From NCBI GenBank assembly GCA_963719015.1, contig CAVRBA010000028.1, forward strand, positions 5,787 through 29,786: 24,000 nt of DNA. Direction: 5' to 3'. Under the pieces are notes generated by a model. That model did not search any database and was not told the origin of the DNA. It was given only the letters and a program-made list of their open reading frames with translations. The first letter of the stretch is position 1; the number at the start of each line of letters is the position of its first letter. Of this stretch, positions 1 through 10,454 are shown piece by piece. Origin of the DNA: an uncultured delta proteobacterium (GTDB lineage Bacteria; Desulfobacterota; Desulfobacteria; Desulfobacterales; SG8-13). The translations under genes and the position numbers were made by a program.

Positions 1-56
1 TTCGTGTACTGTTCACAAAGGGAACGAATATCACCATCATCCTTTGTTTCTGTCAT
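1..56 (-). CDS. Partial CDS (N-terminus only), product unknown: MTETKDDGDIRSLCEQYT...
   Basis: Minus-strand ATG at 54-56, preceded by GGAGG (GGAGGCTCCCATG), with an open frame to the window edge. Confidence 0.5.
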   Translation of the reverse strand, partial: MTETKDDGDIRSLCEQYT

Positions 57-526
57 GGGAGCCTCCGTATAATAGCTCTATGCTCTATGCGAATTTTAGT
101 AATCACCTGTGCTTTACCCCAGAATTTAGAATAATATGAATCTATCAGCTTTCTTACATTTTTCTATTTTTGCGGTCCGGGAATATCGATAACAAAAATT
201 TTAGAATCAATATTTGAGTCCGTGTATTGATAAAATGAAGTGATAAGTAATTATTCCTATTTCAGATATTCGGAAAATTAACTATCTGGTATTACATCGG
301 CATTATATACAAAACCTTAAATAGGACATCGGGAAAAAACACAGAACACTAATTATTCATATGATTTTACAAAATCGCAGTAACTGCGCATTGCATATTT
401 TAAATTATAATTTACTTGGTTTTACCCTGATATCCAGGTGGCATGTGGGGAATAGTGTGGGGAGATGCTAAAAACCAAAAGAAAAAGGGGATAGATTATA
501 AGCACCTAACCCCCTGATATTGTTTG

Positions 527-601
527 TGGTGATCCCAGGGGGATTCGAACCCCCGCTACCGGCGTGAGAGGCCGGCGTCCTAACCACTAGACGATGGGAC
601 C
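527..601 (-). tRNA. tRNA-Glu (anticodon CUC)
   Basis: The reverse complement GGTCCCATCGTCTAGTGGTTAGGACGCCGGCCTCTCACGCCGGTAGCGGGGGTTCGAATCCCCCTGGGATCACCA folds as a cloverleaf. Acceptor is GGTCCCA/TGGGATC, anticodon stem CCGGC/GCCGG with loop CTCTCAC, T arm GGGGG-TTCGAAT-CCCCC, and CCA is encoded. Confidence 0.96.
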
Positions 602-695
602 ATTTTTATGCGGATAATCCTGAGTTCAATAAATAAGTTACGACCGAAAGTCAATCGGATTTTATCCCGGCCTCGATTTGACGGTCGCTCTGCTT

Positions 696-908
696 CTATT
701 TTTCCAACTTTTTCCCCTGACGAATACCCACTAAAAAATAAGGGATGAAGCCGACAAACGGAATCGAGGCGATGACCCACCACAGAACCTTTTTTTGATT
801 GGATTCGAAGTCGCGTTGGGCGACATCGACGACGGCCCAGATCGTCAGAAGGAAAAAGGGTACGCACAGGCCAAGGAATATGGCGATTGATTTCAGGTCC
901 ATGATCAC
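696..908 (-). CDS. Small two-TM membrane protein, PLD nuclease N-terminal (PLDc_N)-like
   Basis: 70-aa ORF with two hydrophobic helices and an intervening 'WWVIASIPFVGFIPYFLVGI' pattern typical of PLDc_N proteins. The reading frame overlaps the next gene by 4 nt. Confidence 0.65.
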   Translation of the reverse strand: MIMDLKSIAIFLGLCVPFFLLTIWAVVDVAQRDFESNQKKVLWWVIASIPFVGFIPYFLVGIRQGKKLEK

Positions 909-1786
909 GTTTTTAATATTTCGGTGACATTTAATATCGCTTCGACATAGCGGTCACTGTGATTGTAGTGATAGATGACTTTGGTCGCTTTTTTCCGTGT
1001 GATACCCGGATACCAGCCGTGCCGTTTCAAATAGAAGGCGATGCTGGCAATGGCATCTTCGTCGTCGAACAGATTGACCTTGCCGTCGTTGTTGCCGTCT
1101 TTGGCCAGTTGATCGATATTGCTGGGCATAAACTGGGAAATGCCCATGGCCCCGGCGAAGGAACCGTTCAGCACAACGGGATCGAAACCCTCATTGGTGG
1201 TGTGCTGAAGATAGGCCTTCAGTTCCCTGTAAGACCAACCGGATTTCTTGGCCGCCTTCTGATCGAAAACCTTGCGGGTCAGCCCCGGTGTCTCTTTTAC
1301 TTCGGGCCACAAAAGATTCCTCACTTTGGGATCGGAGAGGGCCGCCATGGTCGATAGGGTGTTCAAAACCGACCGGCTTCCCAGCAACGTTCCCAATTGG
1401 GTCTCGATCAGAATAATGGCTGTAATCACCTCGCGGTCGACACCGTATGTCATTTCCGTTTTATCGAAGGCCGCCTTGTGGCGCTGCATGTATTCTCTGG
1501 CCTTGTCGATATGAATCCGATCCGTGTAACGGCCGTAGTTGACCTTGGATTCCCGGTGGACAAAATACGCCGATATCCCCTTGGTTTCGAACTTGACCTC
1601 CGGCCTGGCATACAACTGGCGGATGAAGGTTGCATCGAAACCGTCGTCAATGAGCCTCTGCTCTAACGAGCCGTAGTATTCCCCCTTGTCGTCAGTGCCG
1701 GTCGCAAGTACGGCTGAGACCGTAAGCGTTAAAAAACCCAACACCACAATTCCCATCAAGCGTCGTCCCGCATTTATTCTTTTCAT
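905..1786 (-). CDS. mltB: Lytic murein transglycosylase, MltB/SLT_2 type
   Basis: 'YGVDREVITAIILIETQLGTLLGSRSVLNTLSTMA' and 'GSFAGAMGISQFMPSN' motifs, with an N-terminal signal-like segment. Confidence 0.9.
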   Translation of the reverse strand: MKRINAGRRLMGIVVLGFLTLTVSAVLATGTDDKGEYYGSLEQRLIDDGFDATFIRQLYARPEVKFETKGISAYFVHRESKVNYGRYTDRIHIDKAREYMQRHKAAFDKTEMTYGVDREVITAIILIETQLGTLLGSRSVLNTLSTMAALSDPKVRNLLWPEVKETPGLTRKVFDQKAAKKSGWSYRELKAYLQHTTNEGFDPVVLNGSFAGAMGISQFMPSNIDQLAKDGNNDGKVNLFDDEDAIASIAFYLKRHGWYPGITRKKATKVIYHYNHSDRYVEAILNVTEILKT

Positions 1787-2175
1787 TTTCCCCCATCATC
1801 AGGTTCGTTATTTTTCATCCAAAGCGCATTATATGCGTATGATATACCGGTTGCACCGGCTGTATCGAAGTGTTAAACCCTAAATGATCGTAAACAAAGC
1901 GGGATCGGTTTTTATATATCTGATTTATAATGCAATTTGTAATTTGATATGCAATTTATTCGCTCTTCCCATGCTGAGTTCTAAATGTCCATTTTAAATC
2001 CCGTCTTGTTTACCCTGCGGGAAAGCCGATGACGCACCATCTGCTACGTTATCAATGGTTCGCAGTATATTAATACGGCTTCACCCTTGATGCCTTGGGC
2101 CCGGAGCATCCTCGACTTTCGCTCAATTAGGGTCAAAGGTATATAATTTACCATAATCAGAAGGATTTTTAAACT

Positions 2176-3543
2176 GTGAAAAAGACGGCCAAGACAATAT
2201 TTGTCTGCCAGTCATGCGGGTATCAGGCGCCCAAATGGATGGGAAAATGTCCTGACTGCGGCAGCTGGGACGCTTTCACCGAGGAACGCCAACAACCGCT
2301 GTCGCCGCTCGGTAAGAGCCGGTCGCTGGCAGCAGCCACGGCCGACCCGGTGCCCATAGACGCCATCGAGATCGAATCCGAATACAGATGGCTCACCGGG
2401 ATCGACGAGTTCGACCGCGTTCTCGGCGGGGGCGTTGTCCCCGGCACCCTGGTGTTGATCGGCGGGGATCCCGGTATTGGGAAATCCACGCTCATGCTTC
2501 AAGCCCTCCATGGCCTGGCCAACAACGGTCACAGGGTACTCTATGTGTCCGGGGAGGAATCGATCCGCCAGATTCGCATCCGCAGCAAACGGCTGGCAAC
2601 CGTTTCGCCCCAGCTGCTGGTGGCGGCCGAAGTGGAACTGGAGACGATTCTGCAAATGGTGGACAGGGTTAAACCGACGGTCGTGGTCGTCGATTCGATC
2701 CAGACCATGTTCAACAGCGAGCTGACATCGGCTCCCGGAAGCATCTCCCAGGTTAGAGAATCAACCGTCCGCCTGATGCTCATGGCCAAACGCAGCGGTA
2801 TTCCCTTTTTCCTGGTCGGCCACGTGACCAAGGAAGGGGCCATCGCCGGACCGAAGCTTCTCGAACACATGGTGGACACGGTGCTTTATTTCGAGGGTGA
2901 CCGGAACCACGTCTTCCGGATACTGCGCGCAGTAAAAAACCGCTTCGGATCCACCAACGAAATCGGCGTGTTTGAAATGAAAGGTCGCGGCCTGGAAGAA
3001 ATCGGCAACCCGTCGGCTGTTTTTCTTGCCGAGCGTCCGACTGACGCACCCGGATCGGTAGTGACAGCCAGTCTGGAGGGCACCCGACCGATCCTGGTCG
3101 AAATCCAGGCCCTGGCCAGCAGCAGCAGTTTCGGAACATCCCGGCGGACCATCCTCGGGCTGGACCAGAATCGCGTATCGCTGCTGGTTGCGGTCATGGA
3201 GAAAAAGCTCGGCATGCACTTGCTGGGGCACGATATATTTATGAACGTTGCCGGCGGTGTCAAAATCGACGAACCGGCCGTCGACATGGGCATTGTCGCG
3301 GCCGTGGCATCGAGTTTCCTGGACAAATCGATACCCGAAAGTACGCTGGTTCTCGGCGAAGTGGGCCTGACGGGCGAGGTGCGCGGTATCGGCCAGATCG
3401 AAACCCGAATTGCCGAAGCCCAAAAGATGGGGTTCACGCGCTGCCTTCTGCCCCAGAGCAACCACAAGCGTCTGACAAATAACAGCGCGATGAAATTGTC
3501 CGGTATCCGCAACATTGAGGAAGGGATTGAAACACTATTCTAA
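2176..3543 (+). CDS. radA: DNA repair protein RadA/Sms
   Basis: N-terminal zinc finger CQSCGYQAPKWMGKCPDCGSW, Walker A GGDPGIGKST, KNRFG motif and Lon-like C-terminal domain. GTG start preceded by AAGGA. Confidence 0.97.
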   Translation: MKKTAKTIFVCQSCGYQAPKWMGKCPDCGSWDAFTEERQQPLSPLGKSRSLAAATADPVPIDAIEIESEYRWLTGIDEFDRVLGGGVVPGTLVLIGGDPGIGKSTLMLQALHGLANNGHRVLYVSGEESIRQIRIRSKRLATVSPQLLVAAEVELETILQMVDRVKPTVVVVDSIQTMFNSELTSAPGSISQVRESTVRLMLMAKRSGIPFFLVGHVTKEGAIAGPKLLEHMVDTVLYFEGDRNHVFRILRAVKNRFGSTNEIGVFEMKGRGLEEIGNPSAVFLAERPTDAPGSVVTASLEGTRPILVEIQALASSSSFGTSRRTILGLDQNRVSLLVAVMEKKLGMHLLGHDIFMNVAGGVKIDEPAVDMGIVAAVASSFLDKSIPESTLVLGEVGLTGEVRGIGQIETRIAEAQKMGFTRCLLPQSNHKRLTNNSAMKLSGIRNIEEGIETLF

Positions 3544-3862
3544 ACAGTGTCCAACCATAACTGGCCTATTTTCCGCTGGGAGGCGTTCTCCGCAGGTCTC
3601 CAGCTGCGGCGTACGTATAGTACGCCTCGCCGCAAACCCTTGTGCGGCCTTGCTCAGCAGAAAAAATTCTCATTTCTGAATTGGACACTCAACGGTGCCA
3701 TTACATATTCGTGGATGGGCATTAACGATAAAATGTTACGCTCTGGATATTTGGTAGACTCCACCTTTTTTATCAAAAGGGGTCAATTCGGCGAGGGTGG
3801 CGTGTACGTTGCATTGATCTTGACGGGAATCGGTCAATAATATTATAGAGAAACATTTTTTT

Positions 3863-4465
3863 ATGAAACGAAACGCAGTAAAACGCAACCGATGGGATGA
3901 TCACTATACGGAACGCGCCCGCAAAGAAAAATATCCGGCCCGCTCCGTATTCAAGCTGCAGGAAATACAGCGTAAGTTTCGCCTGCTCAATAAAGGCAAC
4001 CGGGTTCTCGATCTCGGATGCGCTCCCGGATCATGGCTGCTGTATGCTGCACAACTCATTGGGCCCCGCGGAAAGGTCGTCGGAGTGGATCTGCAGCCGG
4101 TCAAGATTCGGCTGCCGGCCAATGCCACCGTTCATATCGGCGATATTCTTGCGCCGGATGACACGCTGCTGGTAAATATCGGCCAGGACTATCACGCCGT
4201 GCTGAGCGATATGGCCCCCGCCACCACAGGTCAAAAGTCGATTGATGCGGCACGCTCATACAATCTCTGTCAGGCGGCATTGGATGTGGCGGTCCGTCTT
4301 TTGATACCCGGCGGCATTTTTGTCAGCAAAATATTCCAGGGTGCGGAATTTCAAGCCTATCGAAATGAGGTCAGTAATGTATTCGATAAGTTAAGGATCT
4401 TCAAACCCCAAAGCAGCCGCAAAGCGAGCAGGGAAATATTTATCATCGCAATCGGAAGACGATAG
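3863..4465 (+). CDS. rlmE: 23S rRNA (uridine-2'-O)-methyltransferase, RlmE/FtsJ family
   Basis: 'RWDDHYTERARKEKYPARSVFKLQEIQRKFRLL...VLDLGCAPGSWLLYAAQLIG' and 'SDMAPATTG' motifs. Confidence 0.95.
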   Translation: MKRNAVKRNRWDDHYTERARKEKYPARSVFKLQEIQRKFRLLNKGNRVLDLGCAPGSWLLYAAQLIGPRGKVVGVDLQPVKIRLPANATVHIGDILAPDDTLLVNIGQDYHAVLSDMAPATTGQKSIDAARSYNLCQAALDVAVRLLIPGGIFVSKIFQGAEFQAYRNEVSNVFDKLRIFKPQSSRKASREIFIIAIGRR

Positions 4466-4474
4466 GAGGAAACC

Positions 4475-5209
4475 ATGTCAGGCCATAGTAAATGGTCCAC
4501 CATCAAACATAAAAAGGCGGCCAGCGACGCCAAAAGAGGGAAAATTTTCACCAAACTCATCAAGGAAATCACTGTGGCCGCGCGTATGGGGGGCGGTGAT
4601 CTGAACGCAAACCCCCGTCTACGCAGTGCCATCCAAGCCGCTAAAAGCGAGAACATGCCCAAAGACAACATCGATCGGGCCGTCAAGAAAGGGACCGGTG
4701 AACTCGAAGGGGTCAGTTACGATGAGAGCATCTACGAAGGCTACGGTCCTGGCGGCGCCGCAGTCCTGATCGATTCGTTGACAGACAATAAAAACCGGGC
4801 CGTATCTGAAATCCGATTCATTTTCAATAAGAATGGCGGCAGTATGGGAGAAAACGGCTGTGTCGCCTGGATGTTCGATAAAAAAGGATACATCGTGGTG
4901 GAGCGTTCGGTGACCGACGAGGATACTCTGATGGAGGTCGCCCTGGAAGCCGGCGCCGAAGATGTGCGCGAGGATAACAGCAATTTCGAAGTCATCACCG
5001 CACCCGAAGATTTCGAAGACGTGATGGCCGCCATAGAAAAGGCCGGCATTGCCACGATCGAAGGAGAAGTCACCATGCTGCCGCAGTCAACAACGAATCT
5101 CGCCGGAAAGGAAGCAGAGCAGATGATCCGGCTAATGGACATGTTTGAGGACTGTGACGACGTCCAGAAAGTCTATACCAACGCCGATATACCGGAAGAC
5201 TTGGTATAG
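4475..5209 (+). CDS. yebC: YebC/PmpR family DNA-binding regulatory / translation-associated protein
   Basis: '[37 protein letters not shown]' N-terminus. Shine-Dalgarno AGGAGG at about 4464-4469. Confidence 0.96.
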   Translation: MSGHSKWSTIKHKKAASDAKRGKIFTKLIKEITVAARMGGGDLNANPRLRSAIQAAKSENMPKDNIDRAVKKGTGELEGVSYDESIYEGYGPGGAAVLIDSLTDNKNRAVSEIRFIFNKNGGSMGENGCVAWMFDKKGYIVVERSVTDEDTLMEVALEAGAEDVREDNSNFEVITAPEDFEDVMAAIEKAGIATIEGEVTMLPQSTTNLAGKEAEQMIRLMDMFEDCDDVQKVYTNADIPEDLV

Positions 5210-5392
5210 CACAAAATTTTCACGGATCCTTTTCAGGGAGGGACTAAAAAGACAAATTCGAAATGCTATCGAGTCGGTGGAACCTCCACGGTAGCGCCCG
5301 CAATCCCAATCCTATTTTTGCCCCTGGCCCACATACCAACAATGAAAAAGCGACCGCCAGCAGAACACTGTCGGCGATATGGTCACTTACCC

Positions 5393-6307
5393 TTACGACA
5401 GATCCAGCATTTTTTGGACTGCCTTCAATGCCGGGCGGCGGATGTCTTCCGGAACTTTTACTTCGCCTGTCATGTCTTTCAGGCTTCGGGCCACATCATC
5501 CAGAGAGATCTTCTTCATATTCGGGCACACCATTTTTTCCGAGGCCGGGAAAAAGGCTTTCCCTGGATTATCCTTCTTCATGGGATACAATAAACCGGAT
5601 TCGGTGCCAACGATAAACGCCCCGTGGCTGGATTCCCGCACGTAACGCAGCATTCCGGATGTGCTTGCAACGGCATCCGCCAACGCTAACACTTCCGGTC
5701 GGCACTCGGGATGGGCGATAAAAATGGCCCCCGGATGCTTCTCTTTGGCCTTCTTCACATCTGCAGGGGTCAAACGATCGTGGGTGGGGCAGTAGCCTTC
5801 CCATATCTGAATTTTCTTGTTCGTCTGGGACGCTGCGTACAAGGCAAGATTCCGGTCAGGCGTCATGAGAATTTCATCCTCGACCAGGCTGTTGACAACC
5901 CGCACAACGTTGGCCGACGTGCAGCAAATCGTCGAAAGGGCTTTAACCGCAGCCGTCGAATTCACATAGGTAACAACCGGCATCGGCGGTAACTTGGCCA
6001 GTTTTGCTTCGAGCGAATCCGGGTCGACCATATCGGCCATGGGGCATCCCGCATCATGCCGAGGAAGAAGAACGGTTTTAGCGGGCGAAATGATCGAGGC
6101 GGTCTCGGCCATGAAGTGGACACCGCAAAATACGATGACCTCTGCATCGGTCTTGGATGCCTTGATGCTCAGTTCAAGCGAATCGCCACAGAGGTCGGCC
6201 AACTCCTGGATCTCCGGCGGCTGATAGTTGTGGGCCAGAATAATGGCATTGCGTTCTGCGACCAACCCTCTGATTCTCTGCTTGATATCATCCATGCTGC
6301 CATTCAT
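5393..6307 (-). CDS. nadA: Quinolinate synthase
   Basis: 'IILAHNYQPPEIQELADLCGDSLELS', 'CGVHFMAETA', 'HPECRPEV' and 'CPNMKKI' motifs. Confidence 0.96.
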   Translation of the reverse strand: MNGSMDDIKQRIRGLVAERNAIILAHNYQPPEIQELADLCGDSLELSIKASKTDAEVIVFCGVHFMAETASIISPAKTVLLPRHDAGCPMADMVDPDSLEAKLAKLPPMPVVTYVNSTAAVKALSTICCTSANVVRVVNSLVEDEILMTPDRNLALYAASQTNKKIQIWEGYCPTHDRLTPADVKKAKEKHPGAIFIAHPECRPEVLALADAVASTSGMLRYVRESSHGAFIVGTESGLLYPMKKDNPGKAFFPASEKMVCPNMKKISLDDVARSLKDMTGEVKVPEDIRRPALKAVQKMLDLS

Positions 6308-6457
6308 CCTTCGGTGTTTTCACTCATAAAGTGATGTTTTATTAACCGGGCAGTATTCTCGGCCAGGTCTATCTCTGCGGCCGACCCGTCAAAATGCACT
6401 TTCAATTATGAATCGGACATTCGATAGGGTTATCAACCATTGGTGGATGGGCACGTG

Positions 6458-7132
6458 TCATTCATCCATGGTCACCACGTCGGTGCCTTCCGGGATGGTG
6501 AAGTTGAAAAGCGATGGATCCGGTACGTCACCAATGCGCGCATTCAACAGAGTAATGCGGGTTTCATCACCATAAGCGTTGTAAGTAACCACCTGGTGAA
6601 CCGCATATGAATCTTTGTCCACCAGCAGAAGAATGTCGACAACATCGGCGGTTTTGTCGAGTGGGACGAGTTTGAGCACATGATATTTGTCATCGTCTGA
6701 AGACACCTGAGATATCTCGAACTTTCGGCGCAGTACCCTGATATCGGCCAGGAATCCGGCGCCCTTGCCGCCGGCCAGAAAAGCCGGTGCCTTACCGAGA
6801 ATCACCTGGTTGTCCTGTGGCCGATAAATCCAAAGCCGATCCGCGTTGGTAATGATGAGTTGAGGATCGGGTGTTTCGTACTCCCACCGCATCATTTCAG
6901 GTTTTCGAACGTATATCTTTCCCTTGGCCTCATCGGCGATATCCATGGCCTTGATGGTTGAAATCTGGTGAAAATCGGCCGTAAAACCGGCCACATCATA
7001 ACGGCGTTCGATCTGTTCGATGAGCTTTTCCACGCCGTCTAACGTGCCAGCGGCATTTGCCGTCGTGACTGCCCCCCGGTTAAACCCGGTCAGAACGAGT
7101 ACCAACACGACACAGCGAATCACCCATTTCAT
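6458..7132 (-). CDS. lolA: Outer-membrane lipoprotein carrier protein LolA
   Basis: Signal peptide and LolA pattern 'FTADFHQISTIKAMDIADEAKGKIYVRKPEMMRWEYETPDPQLIITNADRLWIYRPQDNQV'. Confidence 0.88.
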   Translation of the reverse strand: MKWVIRCVVLVLVLTGFNRGAVTTANAAGTLDGVEKLIEQIERRYDVAGFTADFHQISTIKAMDIADEAKGKIYVRKPEMMRWEYETPDPQLIITNADRLWIYRPQDNQVILGKAPAFLAGGKGAGFLADIRVLRRKFEISQVSSDDDKYHVLKLVPLDKTADVVDILLLVDKDSYAVHQVVTYNAYGDETRITLLNARIGDVPDPSLFNFTIPEGTDVVTMDE

Positions 7133-7307
7133 TTGATTCTCCTTTTAAGTTTGAATGTCCGCCTGCCTTTCGGCACACAGTGGAGATCTTACAGCCGGGA
7201 TCGAGGCAGCCAGGTCAATCCATCTTGAGCGCTCTTTTTACGCGATAACGTTTTGTTTGTAAACAACGACGACCCGGTTGCTTGTGATTGGCAATATATA
7301 CATTCGT

Positions 7308-8213
7308 TTAGTTTTGTAACCGCCGCACCAGGTCTCTGAAACCATCGGTCGACTGGAGCGCAAACCCAGGGCCATCCTGGTTCTCGCGAGCTGCCGCTGC
7401 AACCCTTCCAAATACCGAAAGGCTGATATGATCGATGAGGGCAAGTTTCATCAGAAGTTCGCTTTTCGGCAGGTGGACGGCACGCTCACCGCGCATCATC
7501 AGAGTTTCGATATTGTCTCTCTTCAGCCTCTCTTCGAACAGTATCGTTTTCTGTAGCTGATTCCGACAAGCCTGTCGTCTTTTGGTCAATTCATCGAATA
7601 CTTCAGCATCATCGTCAATGTCTTCCAACATATCCAGCACGAAATCGAGGCATGTAAAGATCTGTCCGTCCGGACCCATCTTTTCGAAAAATACAGCCAG
7701 AAACTGCACTTTTTTTTCACCAAGGTTCTTGCGGAAGTTTCGCAATTTCACTTTGACGGCCGTGCGAATTGCGGGAGCAATGTGTTCCGCGACGGAATCC
7801 AATAGCTCAGCGTTTATCCGTCGGGTCAGATTGAGGCGGTGCAGGAAGGTGTCGATCATGTCCTCGGGAAAGTCCAGAGTCAGTATGCCGCGTCCGTCAG
7901 GAAACAGGAGGGTCGTCCGCAGCAGACGTCTTGAAAGTTCGTCGGTGACGATAGCGACATCCTCGCCGCTGAAAACGGCATCGTCCAGGGTCTCTTCGAT
8001 CTCTTGCTGAATCGTTTCGTCAGGGAAGAAAATAAGTTCCAGTAGACCATCCCGCTCCGGGTTGGCGTTATCGCCGATGATCTGCTTCAGCTCGATAGTT
8101 GATGGGCAGGAAAATACCGTATCGATATAATCGACGAGCCCCCCGTCGGCTTCAAGTCCATTCCGAAGAATGCGGCAGACCGATTCTACCAGCGGGCGAC
8201 AGTTTTCTTTCAT
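7308..8213 (-). CDS. Hypothetical protein
   Basis: Uninterrupted 301-aa ORF located 11 nt downstream of the thioredoxin gene on the same strand. No family recognised. Confidence 0.75.
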   Translation of the reverse strand: MKENCRPLVESVCRILRNGLEADGGLVDYIDTVFSCPSTIELKQIIGDNANPERDGLLELIFFPDETIQQEIEETLDDAVFSGEDVAIVTDELSRRLLRTTLLFPDGRGILTLDFPEDMIDTFLHRLNLTRRINAELLDSVAEHIAPAIRTAVKVKLRNFRKNLGEKKVQFLAVFFEKMGPDGQIFTCLDFVLDMLEDIDDDAEVFDELTKRRQACRNQLQKTILFEERLKRDNIETLMMRGERAVHLPKSELLMKLALIDHISLSVFGRVAAAARENQDGPGFALQSTDGFRDLVRRLQN

Positions 8214-8223
8214 GTCGAATTCA

Positions 8224-8811
8224 TCAGAGATAGTGGGCCAACTTCATCATCAATTGATGTTTCTGCATCCCACCCGGCAGGCTCTCCTTCAGTTCGCCAT
8301 TGTCAAAAATGAACAGGTAAGGCACGCTGAGAATGTTGAAGCGGGCGGCAATCTGCTGATTGACGTCGATATTGACCTTCCCGACCCGGATCTTTCCTTT
8401 GGACTCTCTGGCAAAATCATCGATAATTGGGGCGACGGCACCGCAGGTCGGGCACCAGGGTGCCCAGCAAAACAATAGAACCGGCAGTGGTGACGCCATG
8501 ACCGTGTTTTCGAAATTGGAATCGGTCACCATAACCGGCTGAGGGATGAAGAGTTCGGAGGCGGCCAGGGCCGATCCGCACTTTCCGCATTTGGCCCCGG
8601 CATCGATTTTGTGACCCGGTACCCGGTTGCGCGTCTTGCATTCGCTACAGCGAACCGTATAGCTGACGGATGCATCCTCAGCTACGGAAGCAGTACCCAT
8701 AAGGACATGGCATTTACCGCACCGGGCGTTGGTTTCGGCTCTATCAGCCGGGATCTTGTTTCGCGTGCCGCATGTGGGGCACCGCCGAATGATTGCCGTA
8801 GAATCGTTCAT
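8224..8811 (-). CDS. Thioredoxin-domain protein with two N-terminal zinc-ribbon motifs (thioredoxin-2-like)
   Basis: Two zinc-ribbon-like segments (CPTCGTRNKIP...CGKC and CSECKTRNRVPG...CGKCG) followed by a thioredoxin fold with active site WAPWCPTCGAVAP. Confidence 0.88.
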   Translation of the reverse strand: MNDSTAIIRRCPTCGTRNKIPADRAETNARCGKCHVLMGTASVAEDASVSYTVRCSECKTRNRVPGHKIDAGAKCGKCGSALAASELFIPQPVMVTDSNFENTVMASPLPVLLFCWAPWCPTCGAVAPIIDDFARESKGKIRVGKVNIDVNQQIAARFNILSVPYLFIFDNGELKESLPGGMQKHQLMMKLAHYL

Positions 8812-9060
8812 TGCTTTTCCTCGCGCTCTTTAAATTTTATATTAACATAAGGCCTGTTGGCTTCGAGTAAAGCGCGTACCGTTCTACCGTCGACAAGATT
8901 ATCCCGACCAAACGGGATATTGGTATCACCTGTCATCACCCAGCATTGTTTCTTTTTCACCACTCTCGAACAAAAATTCATGAAATTTTCGGGTTCGTTG
9001 CGTCCACTTCAGTGAGGTCACCGAAGACTATCGACCCGCGGCAGTGAGAATCTGCACGCC

Positions 9061-10443
9061 TCAGCCGGCAACATCGGTCGCCTTGGCCCCTTCATATTTT
9101 TTCAACTTCTTGTGCAGGGTTTTACGGGTGATACCGAGGCGCCGGGCGGCCTCGCTCTTGTTACCCTCAACCATTTCAAGGGTCTTGAGGATGGTTTCCC
9201 GTTCGACCGCCTCCAGCGATTCCGGAATCCCTGCCTCCGCAGCATGACCGGCTACCGCCGGTGGTGGCTGTTCGCCGGGCAGCCGCAGGTCGGGTGCGTC
9301 AAGAAGTTGACCACGGGCCAACACAACCCCTCTTTCGACCGCGTTCATCAATTCTCTCACGTTTCCCGGCCATTCATGCCTCAACACCGCATCCAGCGCC
9401 TGGGGCGTGAAGCCTTCGATCATCTTGCTGTTTTTAGCGGCAAACAATTCAAGGTAATGCTGGGCCAGCAGGGGAATATCGTCCCTTCTGCTGCGCAGCG
9501 GCGGCAAGGTGAGGCCGACCACGTTCAGTCGGTAATAGAGATCCTCCCGAAATTCACCCCGTCGGAGCAGATCTTCCAGGTTTTTATTGGTGGCGCAAAT
9601 CACCCGGACATCCACCGGCAGCGGCACTTCACCACCGACCCGGATCACCTCCCGCTCCTGCAGGACCCGCAGCAGCTTGACCTGCATGGTAACCGACATC
9701 TCGCTGACCTCGTCAAGGAAGAGGCTGCCACCATCGGCCTGTACAAAACAGCCTTCTTTTCGGCGTTCGGCACCGGTGAAAGCGCCTTTCTCATGACCAA
9801 ACAGTTCCGATTCGAGAAGAGTCTCGGTCAACGCGGCACAGTTGATCTTGACAAAGGGGCCGTCCTTTCGATGACTGTTGAAGTGGAGCGCGCCGGCAAT
9901 CAATTCCTTGCCCGTTCCGGATTCGCCTGTAATCAGCACGGTGGCCTCAGACGGTGCAACCTGTGCTACGGATTCCAGCAGCCGGACCATGGATGGGCTC
10001 CTTCCGATGATGTTGCGCCGGTCGAAGTGTTTTCCAATGGTTTCCTTCAACATGCGGTTTTCGGCCTTCAACTGAATGTGTTCGACGGCCCGGCCGATGA
10101 TTAGTTTCAGCTTGTCGAAATCGAGCGGCTTGGTCAGGTAATCGTAAGCGCCTTTCTTCAGAGCCGCCACAGCGGTCTCAACCGATGAGAAGGCGGTCAT
10201 GATGATAACCGGGATGGCCGGATTGTAGGCTTTGATTCTCTCGAGCGCTTCGAGACCGGACACTTTCAGCATCCGCACATCCATGAGAATCAAATCGAAA
10301 TATCTTTCCCGCACACTTTCGACAGCCGACTGGCCGTCATCGGCTTCAAACACCACGTAACCCCATTGACTCAAAAGGGTCTGCAGCATGGTGCGGTGGG
10401 CGACATCGTCATCGACCACAAGGATTGGATTGCCTTCGCTCAT
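9061..10443 (-). CDS. Sigma-54-dependent response regulator (NtrC/AtoC/ZraR family)
   Basis: Receiver domain (ILVVDDDVAHR, DLILMDVRM, YLTKP), AAA+ domain (GESGTGKELIA, GAFTGA, FREDLYYRLNV) and a Fis-type HTH C-terminus. Start set at ATG 10443 (MSEGNPILVV), since the longer ORF prefix is not receiver-like. Confidence 0.93.
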   Translation of the reverse strand: MSEGNPILVVDDDVAHRTMLQTLLSQWGYVVFEADDGQSAVESVRERYFDLILMDVRMLKVSGLEALERIKAYNPAIPVIIMTAFSSVETAVAALKKGAYDYLTKPLDFDKLKLIIGRAVEHIQLKAENRMLKETIGKHFDRRNIIGRSPSMVRLLESVAQVAPSEATVLITGESGTGKELIAGALHFNSHRKDGPFVKINCAALTETLLESELFGHEKGAFTGAERRKEGCFVQADGGSLFLDEVSEMSVTMQVKLLRVLQEREVIRVGGEVPLPVDVRVICATNKNLEDLLRRGEFREDLYYRLNVVGLTLPPLRSRRDDIPLLAQHYLELFAAKNSKMIEGFTPQALDAVLRHEWPGNVRELMNAVERGVVLARGQLLDAPDLRLPGEQPPPAVAGHAAEAGIPESLEAVERETILKTLEMVEGNKSEAARRLGITRKTLHKKLKKYEGAKATDVAG

Positions 10444-10454
10444 CGAATGTCTCT

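Noticed and set aside
2761-3465. 234-aa and other minus-strand ORFs opposite radA
   Set aside because: Shadow ORFs of a conserved gene with low-complexity, non-family composition.
3547-3840. 97-aa ORF immediately after radA
   Set aside because: It covers a palindromic repeat-like region, has no plausible domain and no clear ribosome binding site. Better explained as noncoding or repeat sequence.
9112-10104. 330-aa plus-strand ORF opposite the response regulator
   Set aside because: It is the antisense of a well-supported sigma-54 regulator in GC-rich codons and has no recognisable domain.
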